IMG/VR virus record: IMGVR_UViG_3300044267_006233
Span: 1-28,467 of that record
DNA from: a virus
Taxonomy: Duplodnaviria; Caudoviricetes
DNA length: 28,467 nucleotides
Strand: one strand, 5' to 3'
The translations under genes were made by a program, and so were the position numbers. Numbering within the stretch: position 1 is the first letter of the stretch; each line of letters begins with the position of its first letter. This document shows, piece after piece, positions 1-10,000 of the stretch. The notes under the pieces were generated by a model. The model searched no databases and was not told where the DNA came from. It saw only the letters and a list, made by a program, of their open reading frames with translations.

Positions 1-221
1 GAGAGCCAGTGGAGTGGCGCATATTGTCCCCTGATGTGATGCAAGCGTATCTCGACGCAGTGGAAGCAGGAGAAGAGCCTAGAGTTGCTTATTACGGACT
101 AACAAGCCAAGGCTACGAAAACCTGTCTATGAACATGGGTGAAATTAAACGATATTTGGAGCAAATCCTTCATATTGTAGGATATTATAGGGAGATAGAC
201 GAAGAAGAGGAAAAAGAATAG
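1..221 (+). CDS. 5'-truncated protein, probable outer-membrane spanin (Rz1/T4 PseT.2-like)
   Basis: The frame is open from the window edge. The C-terminal helix 'GYENLSMNMGEIKRYLEQILHIVGYYRE' resembles, from memory, T4-like o-spanin C-termini. The N-terminal lipobox would lie outside the window, so it cannot be confirmed. Confidence 0.5.
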   Translation, partial: EPVEWRILSPDVMQAYLDAVEAGEEPRVAYYGLTSQGYENLSMNMGEIKRYLEQILHIVGYYREIDEEEEKE

Positions 222-2098
222 TGCCCTATAGTAAGTATAATTTTAGACCAGGAATAAACCGAGAAGGAACCGATTATAGCAACGAAGGCGGTTGGTATGA
301 CGTTAATTTGGTGCGTTTTCGTCAGGGGAGGCCAGAAAAAATAGGGGGCTGGGAAAAAGACAATGTTAACACTTATCTAGGCACAGCTCGTGCCCTGCAC
401 AGTTGGGTGGATTTGGAGTCTACTCGATTCCTTGGACTGGGAACTACTTGGAAATACTATGTGAACGAAGGTAATAGTTATTACGATGTAACTCCTCTAA
501 GAACCACAACATCTGCCGGAGATGTCACGTTTTCTGCAACCAATGGAGACGCTACGATTACCGTTACAGACTCTAGTCACGGTGCGGTTAAAAATGATTT
601 TGTCACCTTTAGTGGTGCCGCTACTCTGGGCGGTTTAATTACTGCCAATGTTCTAAACCAAGAGTATCAAATTGCAACTATTGTTAATGCTAACAGCTAC
701 ACCATTGAAGCCAAAGACACCGACGGGGACACCGTAACAGCTAACAGCAGCGATAGTGGCAACGGTGGATCAAGTGTGGTTGGGGCCTATCAGATTAATG
801 TCGGGCTAGATGACTATGTTTCTAGCACAGGTTGGGGCGCAAGTCCGTGGGGAGACGGAACCTTTGGTTCAGTGACCGCTTTATCTGATACTAACCAGTT
901 AAGGCTGTGGACGCACGATAACTTTGGTGAAGATTTATTAATGGGAGTTAGATCAGGCGGTATTTATTATTGGGACTCTTCTTCTGGAACAGGCACTAGG
1001 GCTGTTGCTTTGTCGGCTCTTTCAGGAGCTAATTTAACTCCAACAAAAGCTTTGCAGGTTATGGTCTCAGAGAAAGACAGACACGTTATTTGTCTGGGAG
1101 CAGATCCTTTAAACGCAGGAGGGACAGCTAGAACAGGGGCGATAGATCCTTTGTTTGTTTGCTGGAGTGACCAAGAGAACGCGGCTGAATGGGAGCCAAA
1201 ATCAGATAATACATCAGGTTCTTTAACGCTTTCTTCTGGTTCAGAGATTGTTGGTGGGTTGTCTGCAAGAGAGGAAACATTAATTTGGACGGACAGCTCT
1301 CTTTATAGTATGCAATTTGTCGGCCCTCCTTATACCTTTGGCGTTAACTTGGTTAACCAAGGGGTTGGTTTGGTTGGACCCAAAGCAGCTGTTAATACAC
1401 CGGTAGGTGTGTATTGGATGGATCAAAAAGGGTTTTATTCTTATGACGGAAGTGTAGCAGCGGTGCCGTGCTCCGTGCATTACTATGTCTTTAGCGATTT
1501 TAATGTGGACCAAGCGTACAAGGTGTTTGGTTTTCTTAACAAACAGTTTAGTGAAGTGGGTTGGTTTTATCCTTCTGGTAGCTCTACAGAAATTGATCGG
1601 TATGTCACTTATAACTATCAGGAAGGTGTTTGGACCTACGGCCAGTTAACCCGATACGCTTGGATAGATCAGGACATTACCTCTTATCCAAGAGCGACTT
1701 ATAATAACTATTTGTACAAGCACGAGACAGGAAACGATGATGACGGGTCGCCCATGGACAATGTGTATATTGAATCAAGTGATTTTGATATAGACGAAGG
1801 TGAGTTTATATCTTTCGTAAGAAATGTCATACCGGATGTTAAGTTCACTGGAAACGGTGGAAGTGACCAGACGATTAATTTCGTAATGAAATCAAGAAAC
1901 TATCCAGGGGAGAGTTTATCTACGGACACTACTCAAACTGTAACCAGTAGTACAACCAAATTAAACACAAGAATAAGAGCGAGACAAGCTGTTCTTAGAA
2001 TAGAGTCCGATGACGACGGTTCTTCTGGAACAAGAACAGGTGTCGGCTGGCGATTGGGAGATACGCGACTAGATATTAGACCTGATGGCAGAAGATAG
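221..2098 (+). CDS. Podovirus tail hub / tail tubular B-like (stabilisation) protein, 625 aa
   Basis: N-terminus 'FRPGINREGTDYSNEGGWYDVNLVRFRQGRPEKIGGW', beta-rich Trp/Tyr/Gly content, 'WSDQEN' and C-terminal 'WRLGDTRLDIRPDGRR' are typical of this marine podovirus family. It lies upstream of the internal virion genes. The GTG start overlaps the previous TAG. Confidence 0.75.
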   Translation: MPYSKYNFRPGINREGTDYSNEGGWYDVNLVRFRQGRPEKIGGWEKDNVNTYLGTARALHSWVDLESTRFLGLGTTWKYYVNEGNSYYDVTPLRTTTSAGDVTFSATNGDATITVTDSSHGAVKNDFVTFSGAATLGGLITANVLNQEYQIATIVNANSYTIEAKDTDGDTVTANSSDSGNGGSSVVGAYQINVGLDDYVSSTGWGASPWGDGTFGSVTALSDTNQLRLWTHDNFGEDLLMGVRSGGIYYWDSSSGTGTRAVALSALSGANLTPTKALQVMVSEKDRHVICLGADPLNAGGTARTGAIDPLFVCWSDQENAAEWEPKSDNTSGSLTLSSGSEIVGGLSAREETLIWTDSSLYSMQFVGPPYTFGVNLVNQGVGLVGPKAAVNTPVGVYWMDQKGFYSYDGSVAAVPCSVHYYVFSDFNVDQAYKVFGFLNKQFSEVGWFYPSGSSTEIDRYVTYNYQEGVWTYGQLTRYAWIDQDITSYPRATYNNYLYKHETGNDDDGSPMDNVYIESSDFDIDEGEFISFVRNVIPDVKFTGNGGSDQTINFVMKSRNYPGESLSTDTTQTVTSSTTKLNTRIRARQAVLRIESDDDGSSGTRTGVGWRLGDTRLDIRPDGRR

Positions 2099-2421
2099 TG
2101 GCTAAATTACTAGAAACTAGACTGCCTACAGCCATTGGTTCTGTTGAGCCTGAACTCTATAACAGAATGGTACGGGTGTTAGAGATAAATCTTGGAAGAT
2201 TTGACCCAACAGCAACACCACAATACAATGATACCACCTTAAATAAGAACCAGTATGCTGCTGGTGATGTCATTTGGAATACGAGTAAAAACGTTTTACA
2301 GGTCTATACCGGCAGTAAATGGCAGGATTTATCAACTAGAACCGAGGTAGGCTTAGAGGCCACCGGTGCTGTTGGAACTTTAACTGTGTCGACAAACGGC
2401 GCAACAATTATTTCTTTATAA
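2098..2421 (+). CDS. Small virion structural protein, 107 aa
   Basis: Coupled to both neighbours by TAGTG and TAATG overlaps. 'GDVIWNTSKNVLQVYTGSKW' is a beta motif common in tail/fibre proteins. Confidence 0.6.
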   Translation: MAKLLETRLPTAIGSVEPELYNRMVRVLEINLGRFDPTATPQYNDTTLNKNQYAAGDVIWNTSKNVLQVYTGSKWQDLSTRTEVGLEATGAVGTLTVSTNGATIISL

Positions 2422-3629
2422 TGCCCATAGAAAAAGTTAATGGAGGATACAAATGGGGTAAATCTGGAAAGGTTTATCCAACCAAAGCTCAAGCTGCAAA
2501 ACAAGCGAGAGCTGCGTATGCTTCTGGGTACAAGGGGTATCAGTCTGGAGGCGGTGTTACTCAATCAACAGACCCTTTTGCTCCAAACTTTGAGCTGTCT
2601 CGTAGTGGAGGCAAAACAACCACTGTTGGTGGACCAAGGCAAACAAACAAAGACACTTTTGCTAAAGACTTTGCCAAGTACATGCTGATGACGGGTATTA
2701 TGTCTAATCCTAAAGCTAGACAAAACTTTATGTTGGCTAAAATGTTCAGGGACCAAGGACCTATGGGAGTTGGCAAAGCTCTAGGACAACGAGCAGGCAT
2801 AGAAGCGTTGTTTAGAAAAGTTGGTCCGTGGGGAATGTTATTGCAAAACAAAGGAGGACCTTTAGGTTTAGGTATTATGAGCTCAGGCGCCCCAATGAGT
2901 TCAAGAATTATGCAAGGACTTCTTGATCCTAGAGTATCTGGCAGACTAAAGCTTGCCCAAGCTTTTCCAGGAATATTTGCTCTTGGTTGGGGGCTGAATA
3001 AGTTTTCGCCGAGAATACCTGGACAAACAGGTGCTTTTGGACAAGGGCTTGGTCCCCAAATTGCGAATATCTTTGCTCCTATGTTTGGAACAAGAACACA
3101 TGAAGAAGCAATGAGAGACTTTGGACCCGGAATATTCGGTGGAACACTAGGACCAAGAATAAGAAACTTTTTTGGTGGAGGAAGAGACAGAGAAGAAGGC
3201 AAAGGAATATTCGGCGGAACACTAGGACCAAAACTAAGAGAGATTTTTACTCGTAACAGAGATGAGTCTCCTATACAAGAAATAGAGGTCACGGCTCAAA
3301 GAAGAGGGACCCCAGAAGAAAGAGCTAGAGAAAGAGCTAGAGAAAGAGCGGAGGCGTTTAATAGAAGCATAGCTATGGATGAAGCAATGCTTCGTGGCAG
3401 AATAGAAGAAACAGGCGGCCTTCCTATTGACAAACTAACCGGTATAAGCCCTGGAGCCGCACGGTCCTTGAACCAAGGACTAAGGGCAGGTATTCGTGGA
3501 AGAATGTTGGCTAAAAGAGCCGCAGCAAGAGCTTTATCAGGGAGGGAGGCAAAAGTAAACCGTTCTGGTCTTGATCCTGTGACAGGTAAACCAATTAGGC
3601 GGTTCAGCAGCAGTCACGGAAGAAAATAA
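2421..3629 (+). CDS. Probable internal virion (cargo/ejection) protein, 402 aa; basic and Gly-rich, with a YQSGG motif and a TonB-box-like peptide
   Basis: TAATG coupling and position in the virion operon. A basic N-terminal module 'MPIEKVNGGYKWGKSGKVYPTKAQAAKQARAAYASGYK' is followed by YQSGG, amphipathic repeats and IQEIEVTAQRR. Confidence 0.6.
   Translation: MPIEKVNGGYKWGKSGKVYPTKAQAAKQARAAYASGYKGYQSGGGVTQSTDPFAPNFELSRSGGKTTTVGGPRQTNKDTFAKDFAKYMLMTGIMSNPKARQNFMLAKMFRDQGPMGVGKALGQRAGIEALFRKVGPWGMLLQNKGGPLGLGIMSSGAPMSSRIMQGLLDPRVSGRLKLAQAFPGIFALGWGLNKFSPRIPGQTGAFGQGLGPQIANIFAPMFGTRTHEEAMRDFGPGIFGGTLGPRIRNFFGGGRDREEGKGIFGGTLGPKLREIFTRNRDESPIQEIEVTAQRRGTPEERARERARERAEAFNRSIAMDEAMLRGRIEETGGLPIDKLTGISPGAARSLNQGLRAGIRGRMLAKRAAARALSGREAKVNRSGLDPVTGKPIRRFSSSHGRK
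3129..3231 (+). repeat. 28-bp direct repeat (1 mismatch, 75-bp period) encoding GIFGGTLGP x2
   Basis: ggaatattcgg(t/c)ggaacactaggaccaa at 3129-3156 and 3204-3231. A degenerate third peptide copy (GAFGQGLGP) lies upstream, and a 12-bp ERAR tandem lies at 3318-3349. Confidence 0.9.
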
Positions 3630-3646
3630 ACATTAACAAAAAAACA

Positions 3647-3655
3647 TGTTAGAAT
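3647..3655 (+). promoter_or_regulatory. Extended -10 promoter (TGtTAGAAT) inside the virion operon
   Basis: TGnTAGAAT sits in the only sizeable AT-rich gap of the operon (3630-3692), followed by SD-like GGAGA and the ATG at 3693. Confidence 0.5.
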
Positions 3656-3692
3656 AAAATGCAAATAGCTATACACAACAACGGAGACATAA

Positions 3693-4823
3693 ATGGCCTT
3701 TGAGCTAGACCCATTTGATTTTGGCAATAACCTCTATGACGACTATGAGGTCCCTGATTTATCAATGCCAACATTTGAAGATATGTTTGGTGGAGATGAT
3801 AGTGGAATAGGCTCTATCTTCGACGACTCTATCTTTGACTATGAAGTTCCTGATTTATCACTAGACGCCGCAATAGAAGAGCTTCTTAGTGGAGAAGAGC
3901 CTTTTGATTTAAGGGATCCCGCAGACTACAGTTGGCTTGACGCACTTCCCCCTCCAGCAGCGGATCCCGAAGACGATTGGCAGGGTCCTTTTGGATGGGG
4001 TGTTATTCCTGGAATCAGAGACGTTTTTTTCGGCTCAGGTGAAGGTCCTTTGGGCGGAAATGTTTTAGAAGGCGGTGGCATACTCGGTCAAATATTAGGC
4101 TTCGGCGGAGCAGGCGGGGCCGGAGCAGCAGGCGGGGCCGGAGCAGGCGGCGGTGGACAAGGCGGCGAAGGCGGCGAAGCAGGCATTGGTGGTCTACTAA
4201 GCGGTCTCGGCGGAGGCAATCCGTTACTGTCTTTCCTAGCCATGAAATCTTTGCTAAAAGACGAGCCTAAAGGAGTGGTTCCCGTTGGTGAACAAGCCTA
4301 TGGACAAGCACAACCGTTTAATTATCAAGACTATCAACCCACTAATCTACAACCTGCATTAATGCCAGGAGTCGGCTATGCAAACGTAGGCGCACCAGGT
4401 ATGCAAAGCGGCGGGGAGGTTGGAGAACCGACCAAGTGGGATATACTTACAGCTATACAAAACGATCAAGTGATAGACCTTGGAGACGGCTCTATTGCTG
4501 TAAATATTAATGGCCAGTACGAAACAATATCTGCTGAAAGGATGGCGGAAATAAAGGATCATAGCAACAAGAGCGGCATAATTGTTGGAAGCGGCAGCGC
4601 TGCTCCATTTGTTAATAGTAATTTAGCCACTATCTTAGACCGGATGGCAGAAGATAGTTATGAAGGTATGCAAAGCGGTGGAACAGTACGACCAGGAGAC
4701 GTCACTTTTGCTAAACTAGAGCCTGGCGAGTTTGTTATTCAAAAACCCGCTGTGGACGCTGTTGGTATTGAAACATTAGAACAAATTAACAACATGGGGA
4801 ACGGGAGGCCTTATTATGGCTAG
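3693..4823 (+). CDS. Probable internal virion protein, 376 aa; acidic N-terminus, Gly linker, two MQSGG motifs, conserved C-terminal module
   Basis: SD GGAGA. The C-terminus 'MQSGGTVRPGDVTFAKLEPGEFVIQKPAVDAVGIETLEQIN' matches the '(F/Y/M)xxGG..GE(F/Y)V...AV...G...L..IN' module known from tape-measure and internal virion protein C-termini. Confidence 0.65.
   Translation: MAFELDPFDFGNNLYDDYEVPDLSMPTFEDMFGGDDSGIGSIFDDSIFDYEVPDLSLDAAIEELLSGEEPFDLRDPADYSWLDALPPPAADPEDDWQGPFGWGVIPGIRDVFFGSGEGPLGGNVLEGGGILGQILGFGGAGGAGAAGGAGAGGGGQGGEGGEAGIGGLLSGLGGGNPLLSFLAMKSLLKDEPKGVVPVGEQAYGQAQPFNYQDYQPTNLQPALMPGVGYANVGAPGMQSGGEVGEPTKWDILTAIQNDQVIDLGDGSIAVNINGQYETISAERMAEIKDHSNKSGIIVGSGSAAPFVNSNLATILDRMAEDSYEGMQSGGTVRPGDVTFAKLEPGEFVIQKPAVDAVGIETLEQINNMGNGRPYYG
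3741..3860 (+). repeat. 24-bp direct repeat encoding DYEVPDLS x2 (96-bp period)
   Basis: gactatgaggtccctgatttatca (3741-3764) and gactatgaagttcctgatttatca (3837-3860) differ only at two synonymous positions. Confidence 0.9.
4110..4145 (+). repeat. 18-bp tandem duplication in a Gly/Ala linker
   Basis: gcaggcggggccggagca x2 at 4110-4127 and 4128-4145. Confidence 0.9.
4397..4678 (+). repeat. 15-bp exact direct repeat encoding GMQSG, 267 bp (89 codons) apart
   Basis: aggtatgcaaagcgg at 4397-4411 and 4664-4678. Confidence 0.9.
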
Positions 4824-5664
4824 TTACGCCGATCCATCAACAACCGCTTATTACGACCAGCCTTATGCTGGAGCAATGCGTCGTGGCTTCTTAGAGTCTG
4901 CGTCTGCTTTAGCAAAACAGCCTATGCCAATTCCGGTCAGGCAGTATGCAGGGCTTGATCCCTATGAAATGCAAGCACGCCAATTAGCAGGGGGTCTTGG
5001 AGGCTTTGCACCTTATATTCAACAAGGGTCCGGCATGATGGGGCAAGGATTTAACACCATGCAACAAGCAAGAGGTATGTTTGGTCCTGGTGCTGCACAA
5101 CAATTTTACAACCCCTATGAAGATCAAGTGGTTCAAGGTGTCATAGAGCAAATGAACAAACAGAACCAACAACAAGGCATTGAAGACAGGAACCGCGCTA
5201 TATCTGCGGGAGCTTTTGGTGGTTCGCGTGGAAGATTAATGGAACAAGAACGAGAAAAATCCTTTGGCCGTGGGCTAACACAAGCGGTTGGTGGTTTAAG
5301 ACAACAAGGCTGGAACCAAGCACAGCAAGCAGCTCAACAAGCGGGTCAAGGACTAGGTACTTTGGGTCAAGGCATGGGTCGAATGGGCGCAGGATTTGCC
5401 GATCTTGGAATGTTGGGACAACGTGGTCTTGGCACTATGATAGGTACTTTTGACAGACTTGGACGAACAGGACGAGGCATCCAAGATCAAATGTACGGTG
5501 CTCAGTATGACGCTGCAAATCAAATGGCAATAGAGCCTTGGAAACGTATGCAAGCGTATCAAAACATGCTTGGTATGATACCAGATGGCGCTAGAACCAC
5601 CTACGGCACTCAAGCTGGCGGTGGTGTGTATGATTTAATGCGAATGTTTGGAATGTTGGGCTAA
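4816..5664 (+). CDS. Internal virion / DNA ejection (pilot-like) protein, 282 aa
   Basis: Q/G/A/M-rich helical protein with 'QFYNPYEDQVV' and 'AGAFGGSRG', motifs typical of podovirus ejection proteins. SD GGAGG, and it overlaps the upstream gene. Confidence 0.7.
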   Translation: MASYADPSTTAYYDQPYAGAMRRGFLESASALAKQPMPIPVRQYAGLDPYEMQARQLAGGLGGFAPYIQQGSGMMGQGFNTMQQARGMFGPGAAQQFYNPYEDQVVQGVIEQMNKQNQQQGIEDRNRAISAGAFGGSRGRLMEQEREKSFGRGLTQAVGGLRQQGWNQAQQAAQQAGQGLGTLGQGMGRMGAGFADLGMLGQRGLGTMIGTFDRLGRTGRGIQDQMYGAQYDAANQMAIEPWKRMQAYQNMLGMIPDGARTTYGTQAGGGVYDLMRMFGMLG

Positions 5665-7040
5665 TGGCCTGGCAGAAAAGAAACATGTTTTCTTCCGCCG
5701 TCGATATGCAAAGAGGCGGATCTGTACCGTGGCCCAGTTACGAGGGCGGTGGTATCATTGGCGCAACGCCTAAAGAACGCAAAAGAATGTTCACCATCTG
5801 GGACAAGATGACCCAGGGACAAAAAGAAAAAGTCATGGACGGCAAACGCTATCAAATGGGCGGAGCTGTTATGCCGACACAGTTGTTTGAAGAAGGCGAT
5901 CAAGACATTAACATGGCGCTTAATAACATGGTGAGCATGACCAACCCTTCCCTAGAGCAGATTGGGGAGACCGAAGCGGTTTCCATTGGTCCTTCAATGG
6001 AAGGGGAAATGGCGATGGACCAAGGACCTAGTGTTGAGGGGGTAAAAGACAAATATCAAAGCATAGCTAAACAATACGCAATGAATCTTGCTGAAGAAGG
6101 CGGCGACATGAACTTGTTTATGAAGCAGGCCAAACAAATAGAGGTTGCTTACGCCAACGAACTGGAAAAAATGGGAGAAGAGGCAACTCCTGAAAACCAG
6201 TTGATGACACCGGAGTTTGTTGAAGAAATACAAATGATTTTTACTGGCGATGTTCTTGAAATGCAAACAGGAGGTCCTGTTACCGCTATGACTGAAGATG
6301 AGGCCAGACAACAAATAGAAGCTTTAGGATACGGCAATCGGTTTACCCCTGCAATGTGGATGAGCCTTTCAGAAGAAGACCGAGAAAAGTGGAAAAGGCT
6401 CGCGCCCGCAATCAACACCATTTCTGGGGTTGATGAGAACAAAGCGGTTATGAGTAGACTAGATGATTTGTTAAGACAAAGAGAAAAGCTAGCTCCTCAA
6501 ATGGCTTATGCAAAACCAACCAAACAAGGAGGAATCCTTGGCTTTGCTACTCAATACAACGAAACAAAAGCATTGGAAGCGGCAGCTAAAGACAAAGCAT
6601 TGGAAGACGCAATGAACGCGATCAGATACGGTGCAAGAGGCACGACTGGGAAATCTGGAACCATTCCCGCTGCTGTAATTTCGGACCTTTATGGTATAGA
6701 CGATGACATGAAACAGTTTAATTCATATATGGACAGAGCAAGCAAAGGCTCGCAAGGAAACTTTAATGTGTATGAGGAAATACCTGGGTACATAAATATG
6801 ATAGGGCGTCTTCCAAAACGAATGGAAGAGGGTATGGGCATTGGAGGCACTAAAACGATAAATAATATGCCAATGGATTTCTATGCGTTTTATCAAAGAG
6901 AAGCCCCGGCTCTTCGTCAAGAGTGGGCAGAGCTAGAGCAAGGTGAGACTTTGATGGGGGTACAAAAGACCTTTGATGGACAACCGCTTTCTGAAGCAGC
7001 TCTTTGGCAAGATTTGGTAAACACTTGGAAAGAACTGTAG
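5664..7040 (+). CDS. Probable internal virion protein, 458 aa, with four [M/Y]xxGG motifs
   Basis: TAATG coupling. Contains MQRGG (5706), YEGGG (5739), YQMGG (5850) and MQTGG (6261). It lies between the pilot-like and large ejection genes. Confidence 0.6.
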   Translation: MAWQKRNMFSSAVDMQRGGSVPWPSYEGGGIIGATPKERKRMFTIWDKMTQGQKEKVMDGKRYQMGGAVMPTQLFEEGDQDINMALNNMVSMTNPSLEQIGETEAVSIGPSMEGEMAMDQGPSVEGVKDKYQSIAKQYAMNLAEEGGDMNLFMKQAKQIEVAYANELEKMGEEATPENQLMTPEFVEEIQMIFTGDVLEMQTGGPVTAMTEDEARQQIEALGYGNRFTPAMWMSLSEEDREKWKRLAPAINTISGVDENKAVMSRLDDLLRQREKLAPQMAYAKPTKQGGILGFATQYNETKALEAAAKDKALEDAMNAIRYGARGTTGKSGTIPAAVISDLYGIDDDMKQFNSYMDRASKGSQGNFNVYEEIPGYINMIGRLPKRMEEGMGIGGTKTINNMPMDFYAFYQREAPALRQEWAELEQGETLMGVQKTFDGQPLSEAALWQDLVNTWKEL

Positions 7041-7049
7041 AAGTGCGTC

Positions 7050-10000
7050 ATGTCACAACAAATTGAAGAAGCTAGAAGAAGAGCCCGTCAAAAAGCCCAA
7101 CAGACCCAACAATTACCCACCTCGGCAAATACCCCAGAAGATGAAGAAGAGTTCTTAGGATTTCTTGACTCTTTTGGTCGAGCTATAGATACCACCCAAC
7201 AATTAGGCTACTCCTTTTCCAGAGTAATAGGGGAAGCAATGGACTGGGACGAACTTAAAGCGTTCGGGCAACGAGGGGTTGAGCGTCAAGAAGAAGATAT
7301 TGCCGAGTATGAAAAAGAGGGGCGAACCGTTCAAGCTACCGAGCTGTGGAAAAAGTTTAAAAACGAAGAGGAAGACCTTGAGATAGGAGACCTTGGCATT
7401 TGGCTTAAACAAAGTGCTGGTGATGTTGTACCGCCTTTGGCCGTCACAGCCGGATCTATGTGGGCAGGCACTAAAGGAGGCGCGGCTATTGGAGCAATGA
7501 TCGCTGGACCAGCTGCGCCCGCTGGCGCAGCTATTGGTGGAACCATTGGAGCAATTGCTGGTCTGGTTCTTCCTTCTTATGTGTTGGGCGTAGGTGAAGT
7601 CGACTTAGCGATAAAAGAAAAAGCCGGAGAAGATTATGAAGCTCCTGCAACAGCACTTATTGGTGGGGTTCCAATTGCCTTGTTAGATGTAGCCTCTTTA
7701 GCGTTACAACTAAAACCGGTTATTGGCCCAGCAGTAAGAAAGTTTGGTGCAGAGCAGGTTGTTGATGAGTTAATAAAACAAGGCGCTAAGCAAAACATAG
7801 CTAAGGCAGCAGTTGTTAGTGCAGTTAAAAACATGCCTGTGGAAGGTGTCACAGAGGCGTCACAAGAATACATTGCCGATTTGGTAGCGGAAATAGAAAC
7901 TGGCGTTGCTAAAACCGATCAAGAAAAAATAGATATGATGATAAACGCCGGGCTTAAAGGAGCTATTGGTGGTGCTATTGGTGGAGGTACTTTTGAAGCA
8001 GGAGCTACATACAGTCAAAACCAAAAAATGGAAGAGCAAAAAGCCTTAGAAGAATGGCGAGACAAAAACGTAGTAGAAATAGACGCTGAGTTAGAGGCTT
8101 TTAGAGGAGAATTGCCTGAAAACGCCAGTGACCTATATGACTTATACGGGGAAGAAATACTTGCTACAAGATCTGCCTCACGAGAAGAAATGGAACAAGA
8201 AATCGTTGCTTTGGAAAGAGAAAAGTTGTGGGGAGCTGCCTTAGCTAGAGAAGCGTCCAAAGATGCTCTAGCGGATGTTTCTAAAGAAATGCTTACGGAA
8301 GAATATTTAGGGGCTGTAAATAATCTTTCCGATTCAGAGTTTGCAGATTATATAGCCGAACAGTTTCAAGTAGATGCTCGAATTGTAGACGGAGAAGTTG
8401 TGTGGGGAGATCAAAACCCAGAGACACTACAAGACATATCAGACAACGATCTGATGTTTGAAAGATGGTTAGACAAACACGGATTGAACTCAAGAGACCT
8501 ACAAACAATAAAAGAAGCCATGGTTATAGAAAACGTTGACTCTATTATGAGACTAAAGGGAGACACAGCTGTCAGCAAACTAGGGCTGTTCCAATTTAAT
8601 CAATATGTTGAAGACTTAATGACGCACTACACGGCTCAAGAACTTCGGTCCATAGCTATTGTAGCTGACATGTTTGGTGATACAGACAGGGCTAAAGACA
8701 TGACTAAAACTCAATTAGCAACTCACATAGCAGAAGAAAAAGCCTCAATTGAGTTGGCAAAACAGAAGTTGGGTCCTTATATAGATGAGAAAAATCAACA
8801 GGCAATGATTATAAACATGGAAAGAGAGGAGTTAGGAAGTGTTCCTGTGGGAGAGGTGGAAGAAACATCGGTCATAGGAACGCCACAAAACAGAAAGCTC
8901 CAAAGATTAATTGGCACCACAGGAAACGCTTTTGAGGTGATTGTCCAAAAAGTTGATCCTTCCAAAGACGAAGGAGCACCAGGTTATCTTGGCGAAACGA
9001 TTGTGTTTAAAAGATACGGTCCCTATGAGTTTCTTTCCGAACAAGAAACAGATTCTGGCTATGCTAGAAACCTTCCTGATAGGGCTAGACAAGAGTTTGC
9101 TCAGACTGCCTTTGATGTGTACAACGAGCTTCCGGAGGTTAAAGACGGAACCTTGCCAAGAAGAGAGATGCGTGGAGAAGAAAAAGAGTTTATACAACAA
9201 AGACGAAGACGCGGAGCTGAATTGTCCACACTGACTCCCGGTTATGAGGGCATGACTTTAGACGAGTTTATGGCCACAACCCCTGAAAACGAGTTTAAGT
9301 TTAATCAAGCTAGGGTTGTCAGAGGTTCTCTTTTCCACGAAAAAGGTATGCACGGAAGAGGGGCCTTTATGGAAAAGTTTCTTTCTTTTTTAAGCACTCG
9401 GTTTAGACCGTTCGGTCCGATGGGCTTGGTGGCAGGGCTAGAGTATAAAAGGATGCGTGCAGACATTAGAGCACTTGATAAATTAGCTATGCAACTAGCT
9501 ATTGGAATCGACAAAGCGTTAGGGGAAGCTGTAAGAACAGGAGAGATTACAAGCATAGACGAAGGCAACCGGCTTTTACTGTCTTATCTTCGCAAAACAG
9601 GGTTTTACAGAAACCTTGACGCAGAAATTAAAAAATTTGAAGAGTTAAAAAACGACAAGTCTAAAACCAAGGAACAAAGAGCCCAGTATTCAAAAGACTT
9701 AGGGGCACTAAAAGGACGTAAAGAAGAACTGATTGCAGACACATTGGCTGTACAAGAGGATTTGAAAACAGAAAGAGACGAAACAAGAAGAGAGGCTCTT
9801 TTAGAACGAATTAGCCAAAACACACTTGAGTTGTCTACAAAGCAGGATCGTCGAGTTGCTCTTGCTCAACTTCCTTCTTCTCTTCAAGACATAGCTTTGA
9901 AATCAAGAAAAACCATTGACTCCTTATCACAAAGAATCTTGGACGAAATGCCTGCGGAAATTTTGCCAGAGGAAAACAGACCGTTAATACAAGAAAACCT

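Noticed and set aside
219-2423. Repeated TAGTG/TAATG stop-start overlaps
   Set aside because: Ordinary translational coupling in phage operons.
2561-3292. 243-aa minus-strand ORF and the many other antisense/shadow ORFs in the track (e.g. 22370-22978, 16833-17267)
   Set aside because: They lie entirely opposite well-supported genes, their composition mirrors the sense codons, and they have no RBS or motifs.
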